Origin: Eledone cirrhosa
Lineage: Eukaryota
NCBI GenBank assembly: GCA_964016885.1
Contig: OZ024740.1
Coordinates: forward strand, 144,398,001-144,462,000
Direction: 5' to 3'
DNA: 64,000 bases
How positions within the stretch are numbered: position 1 is the stretch's first letter; each line of letters opens with the position of its first letter. Shown here piece after piece: positions 29,035-46,285 of the stretch. A program made the position numbers and the translations under genes. The notes beneath the pieces were generated by a model. It was not told where the DNA came from. It searched no databases and worked only from the letters and a program-made list of their open reading frames with translations.

Positions 29035-29701
29035 CACATGTATATATATACACATATATATATATACACATATATATATATACACATATATATATATATA
29101 CACATGTATATATATACACATGTATATATATACACATGTATATATATACACATATATATATACACATATATATATATACACATATATATATATACACATA
29201 TATATATATACACATATATATACACATATATATATATACACATATATATATATACACATATATATATATACATATATATATATACATATATACACATATA
29301 TATATACACATATATATACACATATATATATATACATATATACATACATACATATACATACATATACATACATACATATATATACATATATATACATATA
29401 TATATATACATATATATACATATATATACATATATATACATATATATATATACATATATATATATACATATATATACATATATATACATATACATATATA
29501 CATATATATACATATATATATATACATATATATACATATATATATATACATATATATATATATACATATACATATATATATATACATATACATATATATA
29601 TATACATATACATATATATATATACATATACATATATATATATACATATACATATATATATATACATATACATATATACATATACATATATATACATATA
29701 T

Positions 29702-29736
<35 letters not shown>

Positions 29737-29758
29737 CATATATATACATATATACATA

Positions 29759-31314
29759 ATCATCATCATCAACGTTTAACGTCGTGTTCCACGCTTGCAT
29801 GGGTTTGGATGGGGGTAGTCCCACTTGAGGCAAGAGTGATTGTCTTGCTCGCATAGGACTGTCTGGCAGGTTTTCTACAGTTGGATGCTCTTCCTAACAC
29901 GAACCACATTTACAGTGTGGGTCTGGGAGGTTTTTACCGTGTTGCCTACACGGCCACATTACAGCGTGGACTGTGTTTTTTTGTCGTGACACCTACACGA
30001 TTTCATTTGTTTCGGCCTGGATGGCGCGGCACCAACATAACTTTACATAGAACGGGGTGGTGTGGATAGGGTGATGGTAGTGGTGGTGGGACGGGGTGTA
30101 TTTTGTGAGAGATGCCTACTGGCTGTAGTAGGTTTTACTATGTATTTAGGTAAGGCGGGTCTTCTCTGTTACTGAGTACCGCCAAAGGTCTCAGTCCAGT
30201 GACATTGTCTTGGAGAGGTGTAAGTGTGTGAGGTCGGAGTTTATCAGCTCGTCCCAGGTTTTTCTAGGTCTGCCTATTCCGTGGCTACTGTCTATCTTTA
30301 TTACCCTGCACTTTGTTATACAGCTATCGACTTTCGTGCGCATCACGTGTCCATACCAACGTAGCCTTCTCTCGAGTAAACAACATCTGATCCCTCTTAT
30401 CTCTAATTTTTTCCTTAGTTCGTTTATGCTTTGCCGTTCACGTATATTACTGTTACACATCCAGCGGAGCATGCAAGCTTCGTTCCTCTCTAGTCTGCGT
30501 ATATCCTCTGCACACAATGCCCAGGTCTCACTGCCATGCAACATTGCTGTTCGTATGCAGGCATCGTACAACCTGCCTTTCATTTTTAGGGAGAACCCTT
30601 TAGCAGCTAATAGTAGTATAAGCTCTCTGAACTTTTTCCAACCAGTTCTGACTCTAGCTACTGTACTTTCAGAGCACCCTCCCCCACTGCTGATTTTATC
30701 ACCCAGGTAACGGAAGCTGTCCACTATTTCTATAGAACCCTCTGCGCAATTGAAAGAGCTAGTATTTTGTGGGCACTTGCTGCTACTTATTGCACCAGAG
30801 CACCGGCCACATGTAAAATCTATGTTCTTAGTTAGCTTACCTGTGATCCCACTACATCTTTTATGCACCCATACTTTGCATTTGGGACATAAAATGGAGT
30901 TTCTACCTACGCCTTTCCTACACACCGGCACGACCATTTCCCAGAAGGGACCGCCGCCTTGTTTTCTTTCCTACAAACTATAACTTTAGTCTTAGCCAGG
31001 TTAATTTTAAGTCCTTTTGACTCTAGGCCGTGCTTCCATGTTTGGAATTTCTTCTCTAGCTCGGCCATTGATTCCGCTATGAGTGTCAGGTCGTCTGCAT
31101 ATAGGAGTTCCCATGGGCAGCCGGTCTTGAACTCCTGTTAGAGCCTGAAGGGCAATAATAAATAGTAGGGGGCTGAAAACAGAGCCCTGATGGACGCCAA
31201 CTTTTACGCTAAACTCTGCACTATGTTCGTTGTTAATTCTAACCTTGCTGACTGTTTCTTTATACATGGCTTGTATAGCTCTCACAAGCCATTCGTCAAC
31301 ACCTAGTTTTCTAA
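29759..31314 (-). mobile_element. Young RTE LINE copy A, 5'-truncated (partial RT, PHD-like finger, C-terminus, 3' UTR, (GAT)n tail)
   Basis: ORFs 30191-30937 and 31007-31393 contain [19 protein letters not shown] and RRLRWYGHV; near-identical to copies E, F and G; frameshifts and a premature stop are present. Confidence 0.96.
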
Positions 31315-31389
31315 TATATATACACATATATATATACACATATATACATACACATATATATATATACACACACATATATACACACACAT

Positions 31390-31605
31390 ACACAGTCCAC
31401 GCTGTAATGTGGCCGTGTAGGCAACACGGTAAAAACCTCCCAGACCCACACTGTAAATGTGGTTGGTGTTAGGAAGGGCATCCAACTGTAGAAAGCCTGC
31501 CAGACAGTCCTATGCGAGCAAGACAATCACTCTTGCCTCAAGTGGGACTACCCCCGTCCAAACCCATGCAAGCGTGGAACACGGACGTTAAACGTTGATG
31601 ATGAT
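31390..31605 (+). mobile_element. Young RTE copy B, 3' UTR only (~215 bp), opposite orientation to copy A
   Basis: Matches 63345-63560 and ends GTTAAACGTTGATGATGAT, running into the TA repeat. Confidence 0.95.
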
Positions 31606-31982
31606 ATATACACACATATATATATACATACATATACATACATATATACATATATATATATACATATATATATATACATATATACATATACATATACATA
31701 TATACATATATACATATATATATATACATATATATATATACATATATATATATACATATACATATATATATATACATATATATATATACATATATATATA
31801 TACATATACATATATATATATATACATATATATATATACATATACATATACATATATATACATATATATACATATACATATATATACATATACATATATA
31901 TACATATACATATATATACATATACATACATATACATATACATACATATACATACATAACATATACATATACATATATATAC

Positions 31983-32153
<171 letters not shown>

Positions 32154-32174
32154 TATACATATACATATATATAC

Positions 32175-32237
<63 letters not shown>

Positions 32238-32332
32238 CATATATATATACATATATATATACATATATATATATACATATATATATATACATATATATAT
32301 ATACATATATATATATACATATATATATATAC

Positions 32333-32387
<55 letters not shown>

Positions 32388-32420
32388 CATATATATACAT
32401 ATATATATACATATATATAC

Positions 32421-32451
<31 letters not shown>

Positions 32452-32558
32452 CATATATATATACATATATATATATATACATATACATATATATACATAT
32501 ATATATACATATATATATATATACATATACATATATATATATATACATATATATAAAC

Positions 32559-32609
<51 letters not shown>

Positions 32610-32730
32610 CATATATACATATATACATATATATATACATATACATATATATACATATATATACATATATATATATATACATATATATATACATATATAT
32701 ATACATATATATATACATATATATATATAC

Positions 32731-32763
<33 letters not shown>

Positions 32764-32814
32764 CATATATATACATATATATACATATATATATATATAC
32801 ATATATATATATAC

Positions 32815-32885
<71 letters not shown>

Positions 32886-33261
32886 CATATATATATATAC
32901 ATATATATATATACATACATATATATATATACATATATATATATACATATATATATATACATATATATATATACATATATATATATACATATATATATAT
33001 ACATATATATATATACATATATATATATACATATATATATACATATATATATATACATATATACATATATATATACATATATACATATATATATACATAT
33101 ATACATATATATATACATATATATATATATGTAAAGTTATATTTAAAATTGTTGGGTTACAACTAGTAAATATTTATAACTGATATAAAAGCACTCGACA
33201 AATATTTGGAGTATATTTACAATATTAAATAAATGGAAAACTATATTTATAAAACCATATT

Positions 33262-33327
33262 TATTTCATTATATATATTTCGGGGATATCATATTAACAA
33301 TATGCTATGCCTTCATCAGACAAAATA
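33262..33327 (-). ncRNA. Minimal type I hammerhead ribozyme motif (left arm of the palindrome)
   Basis: Reverse complement of 33483-33548: TCATCAG at 33313-33319 and TTTC at 33278-33281. Confidence 0.7.
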
Positions 33328-33482
33328 CAATATAAACAGTTTTATAGATAAATATATTCGACATACCGTAATAAACATCAACTTCATTTGGAGAGGTTTA
33401 CGCTAGCAGTAAACCTCTCCAAATGAAGTTGATGTTTATTACGGTAGGTCGAATATATTTATCTATAAAACTGTTTATATTG

Positions 33483-33548
33483 TATTTTGTCTGATGAAGG
33501 CATAGCATATTGTTAATATGATATCCCCGAAATATATATAATGAAATA
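33483..33548 (+). ncRNA. Minimal type I hammerhead ribozyme motif (right arm of the palindrome)
   Basis: Stem I TATTTTGT/ATGAAATA (two G-U pairs); CTGATGA at 33491-33497; long imperfect stem II AGGCATAGCATATT-GTT-AATATGATATCCCC; GAAA at 33529-33532; palindromic stem III ATATATAT; predicted cleavage after A33540. Confidence 0.7.
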
Positions 33549-34969
33549 AATATGGTTTAAAAAATATAGTTTTCCATATATATATACATATACATATATA
33601 CACATGTATATATATATACATATATACACATGTATATATATATACATATATACACATGTATATATATATACATATATACACATGTATATATATATACATA
33701 TATACACATGTATATATATATACATATATACACATGTATATATATATACATATATACACATGTATATATATATACATATATACACATGTATATATATACA
33801 CATATATACACATGTATATATATATACATATATACACATGTATATATATATACATATATACACATGTATATATATATACATATATACACATGTATATATA
33901 TATACATATATACACATGTATATATATATACATATATACACATGTATATATATATACATATATACACATGTATATATATATACATATATACACATGTATA
34001 TATATATACATATATACACATGTATATATATATATACATATATACACATGTATATATATATATACATATATACACATGTATATATATATATACATATATA
34101 CACATGTATATATATATATACATATATACACATGTATATATATATATACATATATACACATGTATATATATATATATACATATATACACATGTATATATA
34201 TATATACATATATACACATGTATATATATATATACATATATACACATGTATATATATATATACATATATACACATGTATATATATATATACATATATACA
34301 CATGTATATATATATATACATATATACACATGTATATATATATATACATATATACACATGTATATATATATACATATATACACGTATATATATATACATA
34401 TATACACACGTATATATATATACATATATACACACATATATATATATATACATATATATACACATATATATATACATATATACACATATATATATATACA
34501 TATATACACATATATATATATACATATATACACATATATATATATACATATATACACATATATATATATATACATATATACATATATACACATATATATA
34601 TACATATATACATATATACACATATATATATACATATATACACATATATACATATATACACATATATATATATATATACACATATATATATATACATATA
34701 TACACATATATATACATATATACACATATACATATATACACATATACATATATACACATATATATATATATACATATATACACATATATATATATACATA
34801 TATACACATATATATATATATACATATATACACATATATATATATATACATATATACACATATATATATATATACATATATACACATATATATATATATA
34901 CATATATACACATATATACACATATATATACATATATATATATATATATACATATATACATATATATAC

Positions 34970-35006
<37 letters not shown>

Positions 35007-35049
35007 CATATATACATATATAAATATATATATACATATATATATACAT

Positions 35050-35080
<31 letters not shown>

Positions 35081-35113
35081 TATATAAATATATATATACA
35101 TATATATATACAT

Positions 35114-35152
<39 letters not shown>

Positions 35153-35177
35153 CATATATATACATATATATATATAC

Positions 35178-35224
<47 letters not shown>

Positions 35225-35233
35225 TATATACAT

Positions 35234-35264
<31 letters not shown>

Positions 35265-35297
35265 TATATAAATATATATATACATATATATATACAT

Positions 35298-35336
<39 letters not shown>

Positions 35337-35393
35337 CATATATATACATATATATATATACATATATATATATATACATATATATATATACAT

Positions 35394-35424
<31 letters not shown>

Positions 35425-35457
35425 TATATAAATATATATATACATATATATATACAT

Positions 35458-35496
<39 letters not shown>

Positions 35497-35509
35497 CATA
35501 TATATACAT

Positions 35510-35554
<45 letters not shown>

Positions 35555-35566
35555 CATATATAAATA

Positions 35567-35598
<32 letters not shown>

Positions 35599-35601
35599 CA
35601 T

Positions 35602-35640
<39 letters not shown>

Positions 35641-35643
35641 CAT

Positions 35644-35728
<85 letters not shown>

Positions 35729-35753
35729 CATATATATATACATATATATATAC

Positions 35754-35848
<95 letters not shown>

Positions 35849-35887
35849 TACATATATATATATACATATATATATATGTATATATAT

Positions 35888-36078
<191 letters not shown>

Positions 36079-36101
36079 CATATATATATACATATATATA
36101 T

Positions 36102-36135
<34 letters not shown>

Positions 36136-36136
36136 C

Positions 36137-36169
<33 letters not shown>

Positions 36170-36308
36170 CATACATATATATATATATACATACATATAT
36201 ATATATATATATATACATATATATATACATATATATATACATATATATATACATATATATACATATATATATACATATATATATACATACATATATACAC
36301 ATATATAT

Positions 36309-36339
<31 letters not shown>

Positions 36340-36486
36340 CATATATATACATACATATATACATACATATATATATACAAACATATATACATACATATAT
36401 ACATACATATATATATATATATACATATATATATTCATACATATATATATACATATATATATACACATATATATATACATATATAT

Positions 36487-36553
<67 letters not shown>

Positions 36554-36584
36554 TATATACATACATATATATATACATATATAT

Positions 36585-36623
<39 letters not shown>

Positions 36624-36688
36624 TATATACATACATATATATATACATATATATATACATATATATATACATACATATATATATATAC

Positions 36689-36756
<68 letters not shown>

Positions 36757-36795
36757 TACATATATACATATATATATATATATACATATATATAC

Positions 36796-36906
<111 letters not shown>

Positions 36907-36965
36907 CATATATATATATACATACATATATATATATATATATACATACATATATATATACATAC

Positions 36966-37004
<39 letters not shown>

Positions 37005-37017
37005 CATATATATATAC

Positions 37018-37050
<33 letters not shown>

Positions 37051-37259
37051 CATATATATATACATATATATATATATACATATATATATACATATATATA
37101 TATATACATATATATATACATATATATATATATATACATATATATATACATATATATATACATATATATATACATATATATATATATACATATATATATA
37201 TACATATATATATATACATATATATATATATACATATATATATACATATATATATATAC

Positions 37260-37306
<47 letters not shown>

Positions 37307-37393
37307 CATATATACATATATACATATATACATATATATATATACATATATACATATATACATATATACATATATATATACATATATATATAC

Positions 37394-37551
<158 letters not shown>

Positions 37552-37848
37552 ATATACATATATATATATATACATATATATACATACATATATATATACA
37601 TATATATATACATACATATATATATACATATATATATACATACATATATATATACATATATATATATACATATATATATATACATATATATATATACATA
37701 TATATATATACATATATATATACATATATATACATATATATACATACATATATATATATATATATACATATATACTCTTTTACTCTTTTACCTGTTTCAG
37801 CCATCCGGCTGAGGCCATGCTGGGGCACCGCCCTTGTTGCTACACGTT

Positions 37849-40800
37849 TTATCTCCAGCCTGTATAGGTTGGCCACTGGTGTAGGAGGGAGTTTGTTGCT
37901 GCTGCCCTTAGGTTTCCCTCGTGTCTTGCTGTGGGCTCATCCGGGATCCTGGATAACAAGGTGTCGAGATGTTTCTTAAAGACATCCACCTCCACATCAT
38001 GCAAGTCTCGCAGATGCCTCGGCAGCCTGTTGAAGAGTTGAGGGCCCTTGAATCCCAGGCTATTGCAATACCTGCTCCTTATTCTAGATATGGAAGACGG
38101 GACCTTTGGCACCACACAGTGACGTCCTGTTCGACGGTTGGTCCAGCTCCCAATGCTAAAGTTTGGTGCTAGTCCCTCCAGGATTTTCCACATGTAGATC
38201 ACTGCGTATCTCTCCCGTCTTCGCTCCAAGGAGTAGAGGTTCAGTTCCTTCAGCCTCTCCCAGTAGCTTGTCTCCCTCATCTTGGCAATCCTCTTGGTGT
38301 AGCTTCGCTGGATTGCCTCAAGCTCCATGGTTAGTTTGACACTATGGGGTGACCACAGCTGGGAGCAGTAGTCCAGGCGGCTTAGGACAAAAGTCCTCCA
38401 CAGTGTCAACATGGTGTCTCGATCTCTTGTAAGGAAAGTCCTCAAGATCCAGCCAGCGAATCGTCTACATGCTGTCGCCACCTTCATGATGTGTGAAGAA
38501 AAAGATGCATCATCGCTCATGTCTATGCCCAGGTCTCGTATCGATTTTGACACGGGGATATCGGTCCCTCCTGGTCCTGTGTAGCTGTGTTCCGCTATAT
38601 TTGTGTTTGTGTTTGCAGGTTTGTATTGTAGGGCTTGGAATTTGCCAGCATTAAACTGCATGTTGTTTTCTTCCGCCCATCTGTATATGGCATCCAGATC
38701 CTGCTGTAAGAGGGCAGCGTCAGCCGGGTTTTTGATTGCCTGTGCTACCTTAGTGTCATCAGCATAGCTAGTGAGGGATGTTGTTGCATGCACCACAGAG
38801 GGCATGTCCGAGAGAGCCACCAAAAACAGTAGTGGTCCCAGGACTGTCCCCTGAGGCACCCCACTTGTTATCGGTGTTTCCCTCGAGAGGGCCCCATTTG
38901 CTGCGACTGCCTGGCTTCTGTCCCTTAGGAAGCCATGCAGCCACTCACCTACTTTTCCAGTTATGCCGAGTCCGTGTAGTTTGTGACATATCATTCCGTG
39001 GTCGACCTTGTCAAAGGCCTTCGCAAAGTCAAGATATATCACGTCTACATGTGAGCTGTCTAGTAGTTGTCTCAGTACCCAGTCGTAGTGATGTAGCAGC
39101 TGTGTAAGGCAGCTTCTTCCTGGGCGGAAGCCATGTTGCGTGCTAGTCAGGCGGTCATTTTCTTCGAGGAAAGTGATTAGTTTCTTTCTGACGACTCGCT
39201 CCATGACCTTACTGATATGCGACGTCAGGGAGACTGGCCTATAGTTCTTGGCCTCCGCTCTACTACCTCCTTTATGGATAGGGCATATGGTGCCTTCTTT
39301 CAGCTCCCTGGGTAGTACACCGCTAGCCAAGGAGCTTCTGAAGAGCATCTTCAGTGGAGTTGCTAAGGCCCGCTTACATGTTTTTAGGAGAACTGCTGGG
39401 AATCCATCAGGTCCAGCAGCCGAGTCTGTTCTAATTTCATCAATGGCGTACACCACATCCTCCTCCGTTATGTCTATGTGGTTGATGGTTGCCATTTTTT
39501 GATGTAGTGTTGTGGCATCAAAGAACTCCTCTGGCTTCGTTATTTGCATGTGCCTCAGTGGACATGTGAAGACACTTTTGTACTGTTCGTTCAGTATTTC
39601 ACATATCTCTTGGGGATTTTCGGTTAATGAACCGTCCGTGTGGAAGAGTGGTCCAATCTTGCAGTGTACTGAGGCAGTTTCTTTTGCAAATTTAAAGAAG
39701 GCCTTAGGGTTTGTTTTAATGTTTTCTATGGCCCTGTTCTCTTTCCTTGCCCTCTCATTCTCATGTGAAAGCTTGAGTGCAATCTCGGTGTCAAGTAGTG
39801 CACGTTTCAAATAGGATTTCTTCTTGTTTTGGTTTTGTTGACTATTCAACTGGTTTGAGAGTTTAGTTCTACGTCTCATAAGGATTTTCCTATCTCTGGG
39901 AATAAGATTTTTGTGTGTTTGCCTCTTTCTCCGGGACACACTTTTTGCATATGGTGTGTATCGTTGTCATGAAGTGTTGAAATTGTGTGTTAGTGTCTTG
40001 TGTGGCGATGTTTGCACTCCATGTTTGCTTCCAGATTTCACTCTTAATCTTCTTCCAGTCAGCCCCGTAGAAGTTAAGGCTGGAAAGCGTCCCGGAGCTT
40101 CTTGGTGGTTTTGTCTCTGTTGGTTCTCTTGGACCACATATCATTAGCTCTACCAAGTTATGATCCGAGAGAATTGTTGGTGTCACCTTTACATTGTGGA
40201 TGAGCACTTCGTTGTTTGTAAAACAGAGGTCCAGGACATTTTCGCCTCTTGTTGGGAGGAGTATTGCTTGCTCCATGAACAGCCTGTGTGTGAGGGCCAG
40301 CAGGGATTCCGTCTGTCTCTGTTCTATTGACGTCATTCCAGGGAGGAGGTGGCCCTCAGGCCATTTGACCTTTGGTAGGTTGAAGTCTCCCAGAAGTAGG
40401 ATGTTGAGACCCTGGTCCAGTTTGTCAAGGACCTCTTCTATCCTACTTAGGCTATCCTCAAATTTACCCTCATGACTGGGGGCATCAGGTGGCCGATATG
40501 TGACACATTACCGTCTGTAGTTGCTTCATATGTATTATCAGTGTGTCACAGACTGAGTTTGAATGTGTCAACAGTACAATTGGTGTGACATCTTCACGGA
40601 TATACAGAGCAACCCCACCATGAGTTCTCTCCTTCCTGTCCGAACGAAATACAGTATATTTCGGTATATGTATTTCTGCATCTGCTATACTGCTTGTCAG
40701 GTGCGTTTCGGTTAGTGCCATGCATAGTGCTTGATTGCTTATGGCTAAGTCTCCCAGGTAGGAAATTTTACTCATGTTGCTGAGTTTCACCAGGCCCCTG

Positions 40801-40886
40801 ACATTCAGCAGCAGCACTGGTGTGACTTTTGGGGTGCCAGTAATGGCTGTCGGTATGACACCTGGTCTGGTGTCAGCAGCGGCCAC
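37849..40886 (-). pseudogene. CR1-group ORF2: APE endonuclease plus reverse transcriptase, split by two frameshifts (~40505 and ~39930)
   Basis: EN motifs LLNVRGL, LTETHL, GGVALYI, YRPP, GDFNLP, PTRGENVLDL and SDH. RT motifs NYRPVSLTS, QHGFR, YLDFAKAFDKVDH, GVPQGTVLGP, YADD and RDLGI. A 696-aa segment (37849-39939) is uninterrupted. Confidence 0.93.
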
Positions 40887-41672
40887 TCTGGGTCCCTTAA
40901 CTGCGGTGGTCTCGAGTGCTGGTGTGGATGACCCTGGCTCTGGAGACGATGCAGCCAGGTCAGCTGTCCCACAATCTTCTCTGCCATCGCTAAAAAATTT
41001 TTCTGATCTGCTGCTGCCATCTGTATCTCGTCGGCATGTGCGTGCCTTCTCCTTGTTGGTGCAGCACGCGCGACATCAGCATACTTCTGGAGCGGCTTAT
41101 TTCGGCTTAAGCTGGGGCATGTTGCGCGAGTATGATGGGCATAGTTCGTTTGAGACCTAGGGTGGGCGAATCTGCATCCCATCCCTGTCTCTCCATGCCA
41201 GCATGTCCCGTTCTTGAAAAACTTGCACATTACATGGGGTTTTTTGCTCCCAGTGTCTCGGTGCTTTCTGTTCTTTCTTTGAACAGTTGTCCACTGGTCC
41301 CTCTGCGCTTGGTTCTCCTTCGGAAGGTGATTTCGCTTTTCACCTTTGCCCTTAGTTTGTTGGTTGCCCGGCCTGCCCTCCCTGCTTGTAGCGGAGGGTA
41401 TATCATTTTCTTTCAGGTCCGTGCTTGTGCTCTCCTTTTCTTTTTCTTTCTTTTTCTTTTTCTTTTTCCTCTTCCCTCTCCTCATCCCTCCCTTCGGTTT
41501 TCTCCTCCCTGAGGCTCTCCCTGAGGACACGGCTTAGCATCGCCATATGAGGCGCTATGAGGACATACGCCTTCTCAATTTCTTTTCTCTTTCTCTCTAT
41601 CTGTACCAGGGTCCTCAGAAGAAACCCATGGCTCTTCAGGTTCTCCGCCATCTTTTGCTTGGTGGAGACCAT
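40805..41672 (-). pseudogene. CR1-group ORF1 with a charged/coiled N-terminus and a CCCH-type zinc finger (frameshifted)
   Basis: ORF 41403-41672 (E/K/R-rich) continues in another frame into CKFFKNGTCWHGETGMGCRFAHP; it lies directly upstream of ORF2. Confidence 0.75.
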
Positions 41673-42311
41673 CAGCCATGGTCCACCCCTTGATCAAAAC
41701 GCTAGTTCCATCTTCGACCAGTTTCGCTGACTCCTGATTTCACATTTTTCCTGCATACAGTCCATTTCGCTGTGGAGGGGAGAAAGAGAGACAGTGGAAG
41801 TGTAGGGTAGAGAGGGACAGAGTGAGGGAGGAGATAGAGATATAACGCCAGCATATATATATACATATATACATATATACATATACATATATATACATAT
41901 ACATTATTATACATATACATATATATACATATACATATATGATACATATATATACATATATATATACACACATACATATACACACATATATATATACACA
42001 CATATATATATACACATATATATATACACATATATATATACACATATATATATACACATATATATATACACATATATATATACACATATATATATACACA
42101 TATATATATACACATATATATACACATATATATACACATATATACACATATATACACATATATATACACATATATATACACATATATATACACATATATA
42201 TACACATATATATACACATATATATACACATATATATACATATATATATACATATATATATACATATATATAACATATACATATATATATACATATATAT
42301 AATACATATAT

Positions 42312-42350
<39 letters not shown>

Positions 42351-42555
42351 CATTATATATACATATACATATACATATACATATATATATACATATATAT
42401 ATACATATATATATACATATATATATACATATATATATACATATATACATACATATATATATACATATATATATACATATATATACATATATATATACAT
42501 ATATATATACATATATAACATATATATATACATATATATATACATATATATATAC

Positions 42556-42588
<33 letters not shown>

Positions 42589-42614
42589 CATATATATAAT
42601 ACATATATATATAC

Positions 42615-42647
<33 letters not shown>

Positions 42648-42660
42648 CATATATATATAC

Positions 42661-42711
<51 letters not shown>

Positions 42712-42730
42712 TATATACATATATATATAC

Positions 42731-42825
<95 letters not shown>

Positions 42826-43504
42826 CATATATATACATACATATACATATAATACATATATATATACATATATAATACATATATATATATACATTATATA
42901 CATATATATATATACATATATATATATACATATATATATATACATATATATATATACATATATATATATACATATATATATATACATATATATACATATA
43001 TATATATACAATATATATATACATATATATATATACATATATATACATATATATATATACATATATATATATACATATATATACATATATATATATACAT
43101 ATATATATATACATATATATACATATATATATATACATATATATATATACATATATATACATATATATACATATATATACATATATATACATATATATAC
43201 ATATATATACATATATATATATATATACATATATATACATATATATACATATATATAAATATATACATATACATATATATACATATATATATATATATAA
43301 CTATACATATATATACATATATATACATACATATAATATATATACATACATATACATATATATACATACATATATATATATACATACATATATATATATA
43401 TACATACATATATATATATACATACACATATATATATATACATACATATATATATATACATACATACATATATATACATACATACATATATATACATACA
43501 TACA

Positions 43505-43536
<32 letters not shown>

Positions 43537-43636
43537 CATACATATACATACATACATATATATACATACATACATATATATACATACATACATATATATA
43601 CATACATACATATATATACATATATATACATACATA

Positions 43637-43677
<41 letters not shown>

Positions 43678-44337
43678 ACATACATATATATATATACATA
43701 CATATATATATATACATATATACATACATACATATATATATATACATATATATACATACATATATATATATACATATATATACATACATATATATATATA
43801 TACATATATATACATACATACATATATATACATATATATACATACATACATATATATACATATATATACATACATACATATATATACATACATATACATA
43901 CATACATATATATACATATATATACATACATACATATACATATATATACATACATACATATATATACTTATATATACATACATACACATATATATACATA
44001 CATACATATACATATATATACATACATACATATACATATATATACATACATACATTACATATATATACATACATACATATACTATATATACATACATACA
44101 TATACATATATATACATACATACATATACATATATATACATACATACATATACATATATATACAGCATACATATACATATATATACATACATACATTATA
44201 TAATACATACTTTACATACATACATACATACATACTACTATATACATACATACATACATACATTAACATACATATACATACATACATACATACATATATA
44301 CATACATAATACATACATATATACATACATACATATA

Positions 44338-44373
<36 letters not shown>

Positions 44374-45173
44374 TATATATACATATATATACATATATAT
44401 ATATATACATATATATATATACACATATATATATATACACATATATATATATACACATATATATATATACACATATATATATATACACATATATATATAT
44501 ACATATATATATACATATATATATATACATATATATATATACATATATATATATACATATATATATATACATATATATATATACATATATATATATACAT
44601 ATATATATATACATATATACATATACATATATATATATACATATAAATATATACATATATATATATACATATATATATATACATATATATATATACATAT
44701 ATATATATACATATATATATATACATATATATATATACATATATATATATACATATATATATATACATATATATATATACATATATATATATACATATAT
44801 ACATATATATATAGTATACATATATATATATATACATATATATATATACATATATATATATACATATAATATATATACATATATATATATACATATATAT
44901 ACATATATATATATACATATATATATATACATATATATATATACATATATATATATACATATATATATATACATATAATATATATACATATATATATATA
45001 CATATACATATATATATATACATATATATATATACATATACATATATATACATATACATATATACATATACATACATACATATACATACATACATATACA
45101 TATATATATAATATACATCATACATATACATATATATATATACATACATATACATACATATACATACATATAC

Positions 45174-45396
<223 letters not shown>

Positions 45397-45435
45397 CATA
45401 TATATATATACATATATATACATATATATATATAC

Positions 45436-45472
<37 letters not shown>

Positions 45473-45924
45473 CATATATATATATACATATATATACATA
45501 CATATACATATATATAATATACATATATATACATACATATACATATATACATATATATACATACATATACATACATAATATATATATACATATACATACA
45601 TACATATATATATATACATATACATACATACATATATATATATACAATAATACATACATACATAACATATATACATATACATACATACATACATATATAT
45701 ACATATACATATACATACATATATATACATATACATACATATATATACATATACATATACATACACATAATTATATACATATACATACATATATATATAC
45801 ATACATATATATACATATACATACATATATATACATATACATACATACTATATATATACATACATATACATATAATATATAATACATATATATATACATA
45901 TACATACATATACATATATAATAC

Positions 45925-45955
<31 letters not shown>

Positions 45956-45991
45956 CATATATATATATATTACATATACATATATATATAC

Positions 45992-46026
<35 letters not shown>

Positions 46027-46083
46027 CATATATTATACATATATATTATATATACATATATATATATATATACATATATATAC

Positions 46084-46118
<35 letters not shown>

Positions 46119-46162
46119 CATATATATATACATATATATATATATATACATATATATATAAC

Positions 46163-46285
<123 letters not shown>

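Larger units (their letters stand above)
33131..33577. mobile_element. Fold-back island: ~169 bp inverted arms (33233-33401 and 33409-33577) plus a ~100 bp unpaired extension; likely Penelope-like pseudo-LTR in inverted arrangement
   Basis: Arms are reverse complements with about 3 mismatches around the centre GGTTTAC-GCTAGCA-GTAAACC. Each arm carries a hammerhead core followed by AATAAA. Confidence 0.75.
37774..41852 (-). mobile_element. Near-full-length CR1-group LINE (~4.1 kb) inserted in the TA microsatellite
   Basis: Pyrimidine-rich 5' UTR, ORF1 remnant, ORF2 with APE and RT, and a short 3' UTR with a CAGCC...GGCTG hairpin and a tandem 8-bp tail (AAAAGAGT)2. Both ends abut TA repeats. 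Confidence 0.95.

Noticed and set aside
30210-30983. Antisense ORFs over RTE and CR1 copies (also 38778-41537, 53042-54498, 55169-56110, 62167-62982)
   Set aside because: Shadow frames opposite the true retrotransposon ORFs; they recur only because the copies are near-identical.
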